DNA of 63,996 bases, filler included, from Intoshia linei (Eukaryota > Animalia > Orthonectida): assembly GCA_001642005.1 (NCBI GenBank). It is 7 parts of 7 records of this genome, joined end to end, with 100 filler letters (N's around TTAATTAATTAA, not from the genome) between each part and the next. Parts side by side here need not be neighbours in the genome. Positions count along the whole stretch, not along the records: positions 1 to 13,738 come from LWCA01000998.1; positions 13,839 to 21,713 come from LWCA01001506.1; positions 21,814 to 37,946 come from LWCA01000880.1; 4 more parts are not named here. The stretch is one strand, 5' to 3'. This document shows, piece after piece, positions 12,376 through 25,600 of the stretch; the first letter of the stretch is position 1; every line of letters begins with the position of its first letter. The notes beneath the pieces are model-generated. The model was given only the letters and a program-made list of their open reading frames with translations, searched no databases and had not been told where the DNA came from. Made by a program: the position numbers and the translations under genes.

Positions 12376-13738
12376 CATAGCCGTCTTAAGCCACTTCGTG
12401 GCCCTAGCTAAGCAAAGGACCGGATACCCGTTAAAGTTTTGAGCGAAGCGATAAAAAAATTTTAGGGCCCCTTTTTTGAAAATTAATAAGAGAAAATCAA
12501 AGATTTCCTACTTTTTTTTTGAATATTCACATAATAGAAAGGTTTTAATTTTTAATATTATCATTTGAAACAGTTTTTACGTCAATATTATATGATCAAC
12601 ATTGTAGAATATATTTTAAATTGAATATTTACCGATTTACCGAATATATTATTTGGAAAGTAATGTTTTTAACTTATCTTTTTTCGGTGATGGGATTTGT
12701 AAACTGAGCCCTCAAGCGAAAAGGGTTTAGCCACCCTACAGAACCCTGTTTTAAATTGAAATATACTTTGACAAGGGTTACTCATAACCGAATTTGTAAC
12801 TAATTATAGTCTAAGTTTTATTAGGAATTCGAATAAAATAACTTAAAAGTGAAGCATATCTGACCTCATCACTCTAAATCTAAAATAAATGTTAACTTTA
12901 GACAAATATACTTTTCTTCTTCATTTCTAAATCTTTCATTTGTTTAAACAACTTTATCTCAAATTTTGAAATTTTAAAGATTATCTGTGATTTCAAATAT
13001 AAAGGTTTTATTATGCTTACAAATCTGTCATAAATTACAGAGTCGGTAACCAACGTTTTGACAATCTATTTGGTTCGACCTCTGAGTAAAGTGACTAATA
13101 TAGTCTATTTGAAAAAATGAGAAAAACACCCACTTAGAACCTTGAAAAACGTTTAGGGAAAATTGACATCTTTTAGATTTCTTAATTGTAGATAACGTAA
13201 TTTTCGTATACATAATTACATAAACCGACAAATTAGCGTTTGACTATCGGTTAACATAGGTAATAGTTATTAATGGTAAAAAAATCTATAACAATCAATT
13301 TTTCTTTACTTTAAAATACCGCCATTTAGTTACATTTTGACAACTATTATTTATTTAGTGTATTATTAGGGTGTCCACTTTTTAAACTTTCTGTTGAATT
13401 AACAAAAGTATATTTTACTGAGCATTCGAAATGTAATTTAGAACACAATTACCGATTAAATTTTATCTAGTTTTGTAATTTCCTTCGCCTATTTTTTTTT
13501 AAACCTTTTAATTTTTAAAAACATAACAGAAGAACTTTATTATTGTTCATGTTTTTATACCTATATACACTTAAATGATATTTAAATACGGTAAAATGAC
13601 TATTAAATACGTATTTTGACATGAAATGGTATCATTGTTAATGTGAAAAAAATAGTAAATATTTTAAGATAAAAAGAATAAATGTATGTATTTAAATGTA
13701 AAATATGCTACTACAATTTGTATTTAGATAGTATAAAT

Positions 13739-13838
13739 NNNNNNNNNNNNNNNNNNNNNNNNNNNNNNNNNNNNNNNNNNNNTTAATTAATTAANNNNNN
13801 NNNNNNNNNNNNNNNNNNNNNNNNNNNNNNNNNNNNNN
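13739..13838. other. Assembly gap with artificial TTAATTAATTAA linker (also at about 21714-21813, 37946-38045, 52300-52399, 56696-56794, 62873-62972)
   Basis: The same N-run / 12-mer / N-run structure of about 100 nt occurs six times; the 12-mer puts stops in all six frames. Confidence 0.95.
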
Positions 13839-15933
13839 TTTATTAATGAGGTATTGGGTTTTGTAATTTCGATCCTCGTTATTACTCATTTTTATGTTCA
13901 TAAAATGGGTGGTTAAGATTTAAGTTAACTGAATGATATTTTTAAGTGTTATTCTGGAGTGGCTCTGTGATCCGCGGTTGATATTTAATGGTTTACAAAA
14001 AATTTGTTCTTGTTTTTGGTTATTTATTTGATTAAAAATCGTCATTGTTGGGGTAATTTGGACATTTATTTAAACATTATTATACTTAGTTTAAAACAGC
14101 TCAACAAAGTCAATGCTTCGAATCGTATTACAGAACTCTATTGCCGATATGTAGGTACTACACTAAACATTTGCAGATTATGATTTCTACCCCAATTTAG
14201 TGGTATCGTTTTTAAAACATACGAGAGGGTTCACTGTAATAAACGAAATCATGTGTCCTATCTAAAATACGAAAATTGTAAGCTGACGTAATGTATTTAT
14301 AACAACTAATAAAATTTTTTACTTTTTAAACTATTACAATGTAAGATGTACCATTTTTTAAAAAATCTACTGATGTAGTTAAAATAATGAAAAAAAAATT
14401 GAAATAATTTCTTGTGAATTCATTCTTTTAATATTATTTTTAGTTACAAATTTGGGATACTGCTGATATTTTTATTGAAATATTTTATTTATATAGTACT
14501 TTTCCAAAATTTTGATAAGATTCAGTTAATCAATAAACCCAATTCTATAAACCACGCTTTTCGGAATGTGGGGCGTGAGATTAATTGTAGTATTTTTAAA
14601 AAGTCATTATAATGACTTTAATATTCATTGTACACATACTAGGGTGTGCGAAAATTTTAATATCAAAAGTACACCCTACCACCCGATGAGCAATTTGAAT
14701 ACCTTCAATTTCTACCAAATAACACTTCACAGATCTTTAAAATTTTTTTATTGATTTAACCATTTTTTTTCAATTTATTTTAATATTAAAAATTGTTATT
14801 TTTAATTAATTAACATTTGGAAACATTATATTGACGCATACATACGATATTGGAGAGATTATTCATCATTTTTGTCAAATTCACTTTGTAAAAAAGTGTC
14901 AAAAGAAATTTACTTGCCGTCACAAGATAGTTGAATAATATATTTTACTGCTAATAATTAGCGAGATATTTAAAAAAATTTCAAACCAAATTGTACTATA
15001 TTTTTACATAGATCCCATATGGCATATGCCCATAAATCTCATATTATAATATATTATATTATAGTCTCATGATAAGATCCAACTTGCCAGTCCTGATTTA
15101 GGGGGTTCACTAGAGCCTAATAAAAATGGTAAAATTATTAAAAATATCCTGTATACTTCAAAATAAATTAGACAATTAATTTTTTTATTTCTCTTGTTAA
15201 AATTTAACTTAATCTTGTTATTAACATGCCCAACCTTAATTTTATATTTTGTTTTCAATAATATTCATCTCCTATCATATTATGCCTTCAATATTAAAAT
15301 TTTAAATATATTAAAAAAAATTGGAGATGAAAACGTCAGTCCTCGGCCAAGCTATCCACGTTAGGAGTGTAAGTCAAAATTTGACATCAAAAGTACACCC
15401 ACTCATCTTATAAGCAAATTTTGTGTCTTCAATTTGCATCTAATCTTGCTTATCGTTACCTTAATCCTTATCGATAATACTTTGCTACACGGGGCTGAAC
15501 ATCTTCATTTATAACTATCTATACACACCTTTTTGGAAAAAAACATCTGCCGGTTGCACAATGGACATACCTTACATAATCTCATTAGACCTATTCACAA
15601 TTAAAATAAGAAAAACCAAATTGTTAGCAAAAAGTTATGCTTGCTTCAATGTTTTTAGTTGCAATATAAAGATTTTCCAAATTAAAATCATCTAAAGTTT
15701 AGACTTAACTTGAAATATCTATGCTCATTATAAAAAGTACGATAAAAATAATAAATAACTTAATTTGGTCGTTTTATGACAATATTTATTTTTTCAATAA
15801 AGTTTATATAAAATCTTCAAACTATTGTGCTCTAAAATACGAAAGACCCACAATTTGATAAAATCTAATAGCGTTAAAATTATAAGCCGTAATTAATCTT
15901 TGGAATTATCATTGAAAAAAATTAGCTAATAGA

Positions 15934-16675
15934 ATGAATCGAGTGGTTGTAACACAGGATCTCATAAATAGTGTTGTAGAAGGATTAAATTCATCAATGG
16001 ATTTAAGAAATATTGCAAGTGAATCCACGATAGCTCGTATTCGACGATATTCGTATCACCCTAGTCTGAAAAAACACATTTCCTATCCTGTCCAAAAGCA
16101 TCGAATTTATAGAAACATTTCTCACAGAAAAATGGGGTTGAGTAATCAAATTGATCAGAAATTATCTTTTCATGATCTTGACAAAATTACTTCAAAATTT
16201 AAATACAATGATCAAATTGATTCACCTATTCGCAACGAGGTTGATTTTTTTTTAATGTATTTTATCAATCATGATTCATGATATTTTTAGATGCAATTTT
16301 GTAACAATCTGGAAAAAAATTGGAACTCTGATAATCCACAATTGAAATATTCAAAACAAAACAATATTTTAAAACATTTTTATAATTGCCGCCCACCTTA
16401 TTATGATACTGTATTAGTATTTTAAAGTTTTTATTTTAAGTGTCTGTTTTAGAAAAAAAGTACACCATATTTTAATATTGATATTGAAAAACCAATAGAC
16501 GATTTTAGTTCAGATATACCCACTGGATTTTTTCTGGCCTATGACGAGGAAAATATTAATGAAATTTTGTTTATGACATCTGTTAATCAACCTAAAAATA
16601 CTTTTAGTCAATACAAATGGTTGCGCAAATATTTAATGTAATTTTTTACCATATATTTACAGTTACCAGGTATAG
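15934..16675 (+). CDS. Orphan multi-exon protein (about 200 aa), unknown function
   Basis: Exons 15934-16239, 16291-16410 and 16453-16619 join in frame across 51- and 42-nt GT-AG introns. The last exon is uncertain. Confidence 0.6.
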
Positions 16676-16931
16676 TAATTTAAAAATGGTAGAGGTTAAC
16701 TATTACATGAAAAAATATACGAATTTAAATTAACATTCAAGGTCAATTATGCATAATCAAAGCTTTATTCGCTATTATTATATTTATATATGAATCGTAA
16801 ATTATAATCTGAGGCCAATTTTTTTAATCGTTAAATTTTCGACTTTTTGTTTTTCTAAAATACTAAACTACTTATTTATTTTTCACTAATATAACCTTAT
16901 ATTTACTAAGAAAAGTAAAAGTGTATTATAA

Positions 16932-17620
16932 CTAGGTTGACTGTTATGTACTACGTACAAACAGCACCTATTTCTGCGAGGATACAAAAAAAATAAATTC
17001 ACGTTGAAAATCTAACTTAAAAATTCTACTATTTATATTATCAATCCTTTAAAGTAGTGGCCAGAAAAATACGTACTATCACTTTTAGTTTATTTGGAAT
17101 AAATTTTAAGCCGAAAATTTTTATGCGTCATCATAGATAAGTAGTTTTGCTTTTACATTTATTACCAAATAAACTAAAATTGATAGTACGTATTTTTTCT
17201 GGTCACTTTATTTAAAGGAATGATTCCCAAACTTGTTTTAAGTGTAGACGTTCAATACAGATTTTTTTTGAAATTGTAGGATTAATATTTACATTTTCTG
17301 TTTTTAGAACTGTTGTCATTAAAAAAAGGGGTAATTTAGGGTTTTGGCCCTGAAGATATATTTTTTAAATTTATGATGTTAAAATCCGTATCAAGGTGTA
17401 TATTCTTTTAAATTCTCAAACTCGTTTTATTTTCAAAAAAAGACAAGTGGTCTTTTTGACCCGTAAGATTTGAGTTTGGGAGGTTGAAATTTATCTTTCT
17501 AACACCGGAAAAAACTGTAATTGAAATGTGTACTTTATACAATTCTAAGACTGGTAGTTATTGAAGTAAACGATAACACACACACATAAACAAAACATAT
17601 TATACATATATAAATAAGGA
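16932..17620 (-). mobile_element. Complete short non-autonomous Helitron (689 bp) with a nested palindromic MITE (about 17054-17207)
   Basis: On the minus strand it begins A|TCCTTATTTATATATG with a GT microsatellite. It ends with hairpin CTGTT-TGTAC-GTA-GTACA-T-AACAG then CTAG|T; inserted between A and T with no TSD. Confidence 0.8.
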
Positions 17621-18204
17621 TTATTAATAATAATTTATTATTCATTTATCTTAAATTATGATAAATTTCTAGTCATCATTTTGGAGGTAAACGTGTTCTG
17701 TATATTGAAAAATTAATTAATAATGTTACGTCAAACTCTGGTCTTAATATGGATTCCATTCATAGGAAATTGTACAAAATTGAATCTATATATTTCATTA
17801 CATTTATGCATTTGCACATGTTGGAAAAAATTACACTTGCATTTGAAAAATAAATATTTACATATTTGTTGTACTTATATAACCTTTTCCTTAACCCAGT
17901 TTTAAAATAATATTTGCTAGTTGGCTATATATTTACACTATTCCTGTATGAGGCAACATTCTCCAATTATTACTCGCCTTAAATTTTTTATTTAATTACG
18001 ATCATTCTATTATCTGATTTTCGATATATTAAACATAGATTATACAAATTTTTGTGTAAAGTACAAAACAGGCAAGCTAGTATAAAACAATACATCCTAT
18101 TGTATAGTTGTATATTCAAATTGAATTTTGTGAAAGTTTAACATGTTAAATTTATCGAATATAAAAATTTACAAAGTCATCTTTGATTTATTAAAATCTT
18201 TTAT

Positions 18205-21200
18205 TTATTTAGGTATTTTTCTAATTTCATGTGCTAACCATAATGCTGATGACATTGTGCCAATTGAATTCGTTTGATGAAGTAATGCTAATGATGTTGG
18301 AACATAATGCAGTACAGTAAATATACCCAAAGCAATCTAAATGTATAATTAATGTGGTTACATTAAATTCTATAATATGGACCATAATTTGACAAATAAC
18401 TGTCCACGGACAACATGAGATCCTACTTATTCGCGTTTTGATTTTTAAAACAAAGGGCAATTTGCGGTTTTGACCAAGAAGATGTACGTTTTTGAGAATG
18501 AGATTTACGACAATTTTAATGATAAAACGTTACAGACTTTCTGTTTTTTTAATTTTAGGGCTGATTTTATTTTTCAAAAAAAGGGCCATTGGGTTTTTGA
18601 CCCTGAAGAACTCAATTTCAGAAATTAAATAGATAAAAACATCATCCGCGAAAACTGGATTAAAAATGTTTACATTTTTTTAAATTCTAGGACAGCGTTT
18701 CCCAAATGCCGGGCCGTGACTAGAACCGGTCTCTGAAAAAATTTTACTACTTGGTCAATTTATTACGTTTTTTATGTTGCCTATTAATTTCACTTTAATA
18801 GTCCGCGGAAAATTTTATAATTTAATACAGGTACGTCGTGAAAAAGTGTGGGAATCCCTGTTCTAGAACTTAATTTTTTAAATAAACTGTAACACAAATA
18901 TTCAATTTTATACAACGTAATATATAATTACAATATACAGTCATATTGTAAGTAGAGGATGATATTCAAAAATAAAAATTTTGTCAGGTTTTTACGGTTT
19001 GATGAATGGGACAAAGGAAACTGTTCAAAATGATTTCTTTATATCATTTTTTAATAAAAAAATATACCATATCCTGCAATATAATAAATCATGGGAAACG
19101 AATGATTAAGTTGTTAAAAAGGATAACATTTATTAATCAACAGTTTAGTACCGTTTAAAGTGGTCTTCTTTATACATATATTGTTAAATGACATAAAATT
19201 AAATAAACCTGGACTATAACTGAGGTGACTAAAGTATTTCTGGCATAACGTGCATGTTTGCTTAAATGTGAATTACATTTTGAAGATATATAGGCAAGAT
19301 TTAGAGATATTATAAGAGTCATGTATGCCTAATTAATAAATAATTATATAAATTACTTTAATGAAACAAATTTAAAATAGAATTTCAGATATTGTAATAA
19401 TAATAATGCCGAGTCTTTTAAAGATTTTAAGTGAATAAATATATAATTTATAGATTGTATAATATGTAAAGCTACCATAGATCTGTGAATAAATTGGACT
19501 GCGACAGGATTCTCGTAAAAGTTTTTATAAAATGGTAGTCTAAAAAATATATCTTCGGGTATCCAACGATCAGCAAATTTTGGCCAAGAATTGTACACTA
19601 ATCCAGCCCTAAGTCCTGCAACGTATGAGCCCATTATAATAGTAGAAAAAAGTGATAATTTAAACATGTAATTTAGTTTCCTCATCTTATTAATCGTGTT
19701 AGCTATAATAATTGACTAAAAATATAAATTAACGTTACGTGAAAAATTACTGTTTTAATTTGACGAACTGGTTTCAAAATGGTCAGTGTAGACCAAAACA
19801 TTAAACAATATAACCCTACAGCGGTTCCCATGTGAGCTGCTAGCCGATGTTTACTAACCTTAACAGTTTCCTTAGACCAATCTTTTTCTTTGTCCAATCC
19901 ACTTTTAACCATATACCACCCAAGAACTCCCTAAATAAAAACATTAAAAATGATCTTATTCATATACGTTTTGTTAACGCCTTTAAAAAGTCATTATTTC
20001 AGGGTAATTACCGGGATTTTATATAAATTATTCTACCAATCAATCATTGTTTACCAATTTTGAAGGGTTCAAAGAAATATTTTTTAATATTGTCAATAAA
20101 TTTTAATTATTCAAAGTTTTAAGATTGATGGTAAATTATAATTATCAAACTTTACCTAATTTAAGTTTCAATTATTATTTATAAAAATATCTATTCTTAA
20201 AAACAAAAATTACTTGAAATCCAATCAAACAGCCATATATAACAATACGTTTTTTTAATGAATAGGGAACAGATTTTCTAGTCATGAAATATAAAGCAGG
20301 CAGTCCGAAAATAATTCCAATAGATCTTCCCCATATTCTGTGTATCCATTCCTTGTAGTATATTCGTTTAAAATCATACAGTAGCATTTCATCTTTATAT
20401 TCATTACTAAACGAGAGTCCATGTATTGCTTATATACGATAAACAAGTTGTCACTATCCAAATCAGTGGTTCTCAAAGTTTGTTCTACTTTAGGTCAGGG
20501 CAGTGGAGAGTCAGCAGTAGGCCCAGACCAAATGGAAATTGTAGTCCCCTAATAAATTTTTTTTTAAAAACGGGACCTCTATATATTGCTTAATCGATCC
20601 TTCATTATCTAAAAATGAAAAATAAGCGTTGGAAATCCCATTGGTTAATATAAAAATGAAATAATGGTATACTTAAGAAATTTCCAACATTATCTATTAA
20701 TAAATTAAAAACATAGGGCCTCATGATTGTAGACCCTCGTCATATGACCCCTAGTTCCTCCCCGCATTCCTGCTTTAGGTAGGTTCAGCTAAGCATTATA
20801 AAATTACCTCGTATATAATTAGTAGGCATTATTTTCAATTTATTACTCTGGTTTAAATAAGAACAAACATTAACGGAGTGTTAAAGTCTGCTGCCCAGAA
20901 AAAAAAGAATTATTTATGTTAGTATTTGGTAAAAGGAGGGATTTAATTAGTAGTCAAGTAAACTTTTAAAAGTTTAGTCAAATTTATTATTTGTCTTATG
21001 GTTGATAAAGGTGGATTTTAAGTTTTTGATTTTTGTTTGTTTGGGTTTGGTAAAATCTGATTTTTTTAAATGTTACTAACTATGGAATAGTTCAGCAGGT
21101 TTAGTTAATTAATAATAATTTAATTTATTTATGTATATTTAGCTTTTTTCACACTCAATTCTACATATTAAGTGACCTGTAAACGGACGGCACAATATTA

Positions 21201-21324
21201 CTATTTATATTCAGGAGTGTTTTTGTATACATCAAATTCATTTTCCCATTTTAATTTTGACATGGGAGGTATAATATTTCCAATTAACTTCCATGTAGTC
21301 ATTGAAAGACCAGAATTTGTTAAT
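18205..21324 (-). CDS. COX15: Heme A synthase COX15 (5' exons not seen, possibly in the gap at 21714-21813)
   Basis: Exons encode LTNSGLSMTTWKLIGNIIPP..WENEFDVYKNTPEYK, YYKEWIHRIWGR, MVKSGL..VSKHRLAAH, GSYVAGLRAGLVYNSWPKFADRWIPED..NFYENPVAVQFIHR, and IALGIFTVLHYVPTSLALLHQ...HEIRKIPK*. Confidence 0.95.
18693..18860. mobile_element. hAT (Buster/Charlie-type) MITE with 8-bp TSD; related inverted copy at about 41060-41269
   Basis: Termini CAGCGTTTCCCA...TGGGAATCCCTG, flanked by TTCTAGGA / TTCTAGAA (central TA, one mismatch). Confidence 0.75.
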
Positions 21325-22675
21325 CTAAATGAAAATATTCAGCATCAGAAATAATGAACTATTAACTCATATACTCCCAGGCAAGATTTTCCAATTTTTT
21401 GGCTTCGATTTTTCCAAAAATTTGGGAAATTAATACATACTTGCCTATTTCTCACCATATATAATTTTAGGTAATTACCAATTGTAGTTATGGAGTTATT
21501 TCACATTCCATATGTTCACATTGGGGGAATAAAGCAAATAAAAGCGTGTATATATAAAACCGCATCGTAATATACCTAATTATTTCATCAAATTGTAGCC
21601 AATACATGAATTCATCATATGGTGTTCATTAATTCAGTTATCACAACTTTAACAAAAATATATAAAAAATTTTTTCAGTGAATTTTTTTTTGCTTTGAAA
21701 AATCATTTTGGCCNNNNNNNNNNNNNNNNNNNNNNNNNNNNNNNNNNNNNNNNNNNNTTAATTAATTAANNNNNNNNNNNNNNNNNNNNNNNNNNNNNNN
21801 NNNNNNNNNNNNNATTTAAAAAAATATATACGCTGATACGGATTTTAAAATCATAAACATTATCATAGTATGTTAATAATTTTATTCATACTACTTCGGA
21901 AATATCTAATAATCAGTTGAATCAAAAAAAAATCCATTATATTCCTGGATTTTGAAATGAATTAATGACGTGGATGCAACCGGAGCGAACTGGAGTAATA
22001 TAAATTAAGAAACACTGGATTAAATCATAAAATAAATCAAACTATTCTGAAGGTGATAGTTTCAGCTTGACATTGTATTGATCCATAATCATAACATTCA
22101 TTGTTGTAAGATGAAATTTGTCATTTTTAAAATTTTAATTTACACTTTTGTCAATACTTTATGTTTATGCATGAATTGTAAGTTTAAGTAAATTAGTAGC
22201 ATAATATTTAAACTTGATAATAAACAGAAGCAATATAGTCAAAACTGTTTATATTTTAAGTACAGATTCAAAAATATAATTAGATTCAAAAATTTGGCAA
22301 CTACACTACACACACAACTGAATTCGATAATAAATTTATTACAATACTAAAAATAAAATGTATTCACTTGATTATATTTTCAACCTTATTTAAGAGTGCA
22401 TATAATGTAACTTCTAAACCAGGGTTTTCTCCATTTCCGTTTGTACGTTTGTACAACAAATTATTTAAGATTCATTTATATATATTAAGTGAATGTAAAT
22501 TATCAGATTTAAAACATGGTACAATATATAACATAAGAATAAAAATAAAATATATATTTATTCAAAAGTGTAGAATATTTTATATTTACACATTAAACTT
22601 AAACATATTAAATTTTCAATTGTACGTCTAGTTACAAGATTTTAGCAGATAAAATTTGATTAAAATATTTAGAAA

Positions 22676-25600
22676 ATGGACGTTAACATAGGAGGAATTA
22701 TATCAATTATTATTTTTTATTTGGCCATTATGGGTGTAGGATTTTGGGCGGCTCGAAAATCGAAAAAAAATAAGAATGAATCTGAAACTGAAGAAATTAT
22801 GGTTGCTGGAAGAAATATTGGTCTAATCGTTGGTATTTTTACCATGACAGGTATTATTTAATAGAATAAGACTATACTAAAATCTAGCTACATGGGTTGG
22901 CGGAGGTTATATAAATGGAACAGCTGAAGTTATTTATACAAGCGGATTACTTTGGTGTCAAGCTCCGTTTGGGTATGCTATTAGTTTAATTATCGGAGGT
23001 TTCTTTTTTGCAGAAAAAATGAGAAAGGAAGGTTATGTTACCATGTTGGATCCATTTCAAATTAAATATGGCCAAAGAATGGGTGGTTTGTTATATATTC
23101 CAGCTTTACTCGGAGAAGTTTTTTGGTCTGCTGCTATACTCGCTGCCTTAGGTTATTTTATTTATTTTACATGTATAATAATTCAAAACTATGTCAACAT
23201 TTCATATATTTTATTACAAATTTAGTTATCATTTTATCAATTCTAAATAAATCCACCTATGCTCGATAATGTTGAGATCTAGACTATTAGACAGCCATCT
23301 CATTAATTGAATTTTATTCTCTTCCATCCATTCAGTGATCTAATAATAAATTGAATATTAAACCATAATTCTAAAAATGGTTTAATAGAAATCTAAACAT
23401 ATATTTCTAAAAACTAAAATCTTCTAAAATTGGCTTTAATGTGTTATCCAGGATGATTTTATAGCCCATTGCATTCAATCTTCCTGATAAAATTTTTACA
23501 CAGCTACCATTTTCCTTTGAAATACACCCCAAATCATCACTGAAGTCGAAAACCTGTTATTTTCACGAATGGCGAACTGTTATAAAGACTCAGTTTTTCA
23601 TCTCCATATTTTCCAGCGAATATGATTCATTTTGATGTCAACATTGCATTCATCAAAAAATATTACGTTTTTCCAATCATCCATAGACCAACTGCGGTGA
23701 TCTGTACAAAAGTCTAGGCGTTTAGAAATGTTAACTACAAATAACTAAGGCTTTTTGCTAATAGAATAGATTGTAATTCCATTTTCTATCAACCCTCTTC
23801 TAACCGTACTTGTACTTGCCACCACGTTAACTTATTTTTTAATTCTGGTAAACTCATTTGTTTGTTGATTTGATGAATTCTTATCAAGTTTCTATCATTT
23901 CGAACATCAGCAATGCGTTTACGACCAGTTTTGGTATTTTTTACATGTAATCGTGGTTCGCGGTTTGTTTTAGTGCCTTAAATATGGTAGAATAGTGTCT
24001 ACCCATTATTTGTCCAATTTCACGTAGTGTTTTTACTTCATCGTGCATTCTAGTGATTAATAATAATTCAGAGTGATTCAAATCGCAACATAACAATAGA
24101 TAACAGAAAAAGATGAAATTTGTAAAGTTGATGAATCCTTAATTCAAATTTAGTGTAGTGTTGACATACTTTTTAATTGTCAATTTTGTTTGAGCTTTAA
24201 AAAACTAAAAAAAATATCAACCAAATCTATTTTTTATAATATAGATGTTCTCAATTGATATAGTCATGTTTGCATTTGATATGGTCATTAGGGGTGTGAA
24301 TTTTTTCACTTTTTTGCAAAAATACAAAAGTGCCACCCTATACGTGGAACATAGGTTGAATGATACACAATTATCAAAAAATTATATAAAAAGAATTGAA
24401 AAAACCCTGTTGTTTTTAAATTCAAACCCGTCCTAAAATTATAAAAAATACACATTCTAATAAAAAGTTTTAAATTCATCAGTATTATTATAATTTTCAA
24501 TTTCAAAATCTTATATCTTAACGGCCAAAACCTCAAATTAGCCTGTTTTTTTATATGAAAAGAGCCCTAGAATTTAAAAAAAATTACGGATGACACAAAA
24601 TTGATATTTTGTATTCATCGAAAGTAGATATAGAATATACAGGTTTATTTATAATTTTATTTTTTCTGAATTTTAAGCTATTTATGACAATTTTTAGGAT
24701 TGTACTGTTTTTATTTTATTTTTAAGATTATAAACACATTCTGTCTAATAAATTAAAAAAATGGAATAATTGTGTTTAAAATTCATTACAAATTACTACA
24801 TTTACTATTCTTTAAAAAGTAATGTGATATGACAGATCCACGTGAAATAAGTTTGGGAACCACTTGTTTAATCCGCATTCTCAACCTTTTTTCGCTGTAG
24901 ACCCCAAAAAAATTAAAAATAATGGAAATTTTTAATGAATCATTACATTTGGGTGAAACGAATGATGGTCAAAAGACATAGAGTACTCTATTTTTGCGAT
25001 ATGATAAACTTGATGAACTATTAATATTAACCTTTAACCCACCAATGTCCCCAAAATGGAACAGGTTTTTCAAGTATTGTTTAAAGTACATTATTAATTG
25101 TTTACTACATATTTTATAAGCCTTACTGATGTTTCATAGAATCATGAATATTGACTGATTTTTTGTCCCATTTTCAATTTGAAATTTAACTTGGCTCGGT
25201 CATAATTTTAATAAAATAATTAAATAAAACCGCTGCTCCTAAAATAAAACAATGGATGTTTCCCAATAAGTTTTTACACTTGTAAGTAATTTAATACCAA
25301 AGAATTTACTTTTACATGATTTACCCGTTTTATATTAGTATTTCTGAGCCTTTATGTTTTAAAAACGACTTTATGTTACTGAAAATGTCTATAATATGTA
25401 ATAAATGTATATAATTTTCATAGACCCCCAAAAAAGTGCTGTAGACCCCGTTGAGAATGGCTGCGTTAAAGAATATATAATAGTGAATCATAGAATTTTT
25501 GAGTTAGATTTTCTTATTGAATTTATTTTTTTGTAGAATAAAAATGCGCCATCGGCAGAGCTAGATGTTGTATGTACCCAGTACATAACAGCCACAAGTT

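Noticed and set aside
13783-13794. TTAATTAATTAA motif recurring six times
   Set aside because: It always sits centred in N-runs of the same total length, so it is a scaffolding linker, not biology.
21890-22125. Candidate first exons of COX15
   Set aside because: The minus-strand frames lack the expected first TM / GGxTR segment, which is probably in the adjacent gap.
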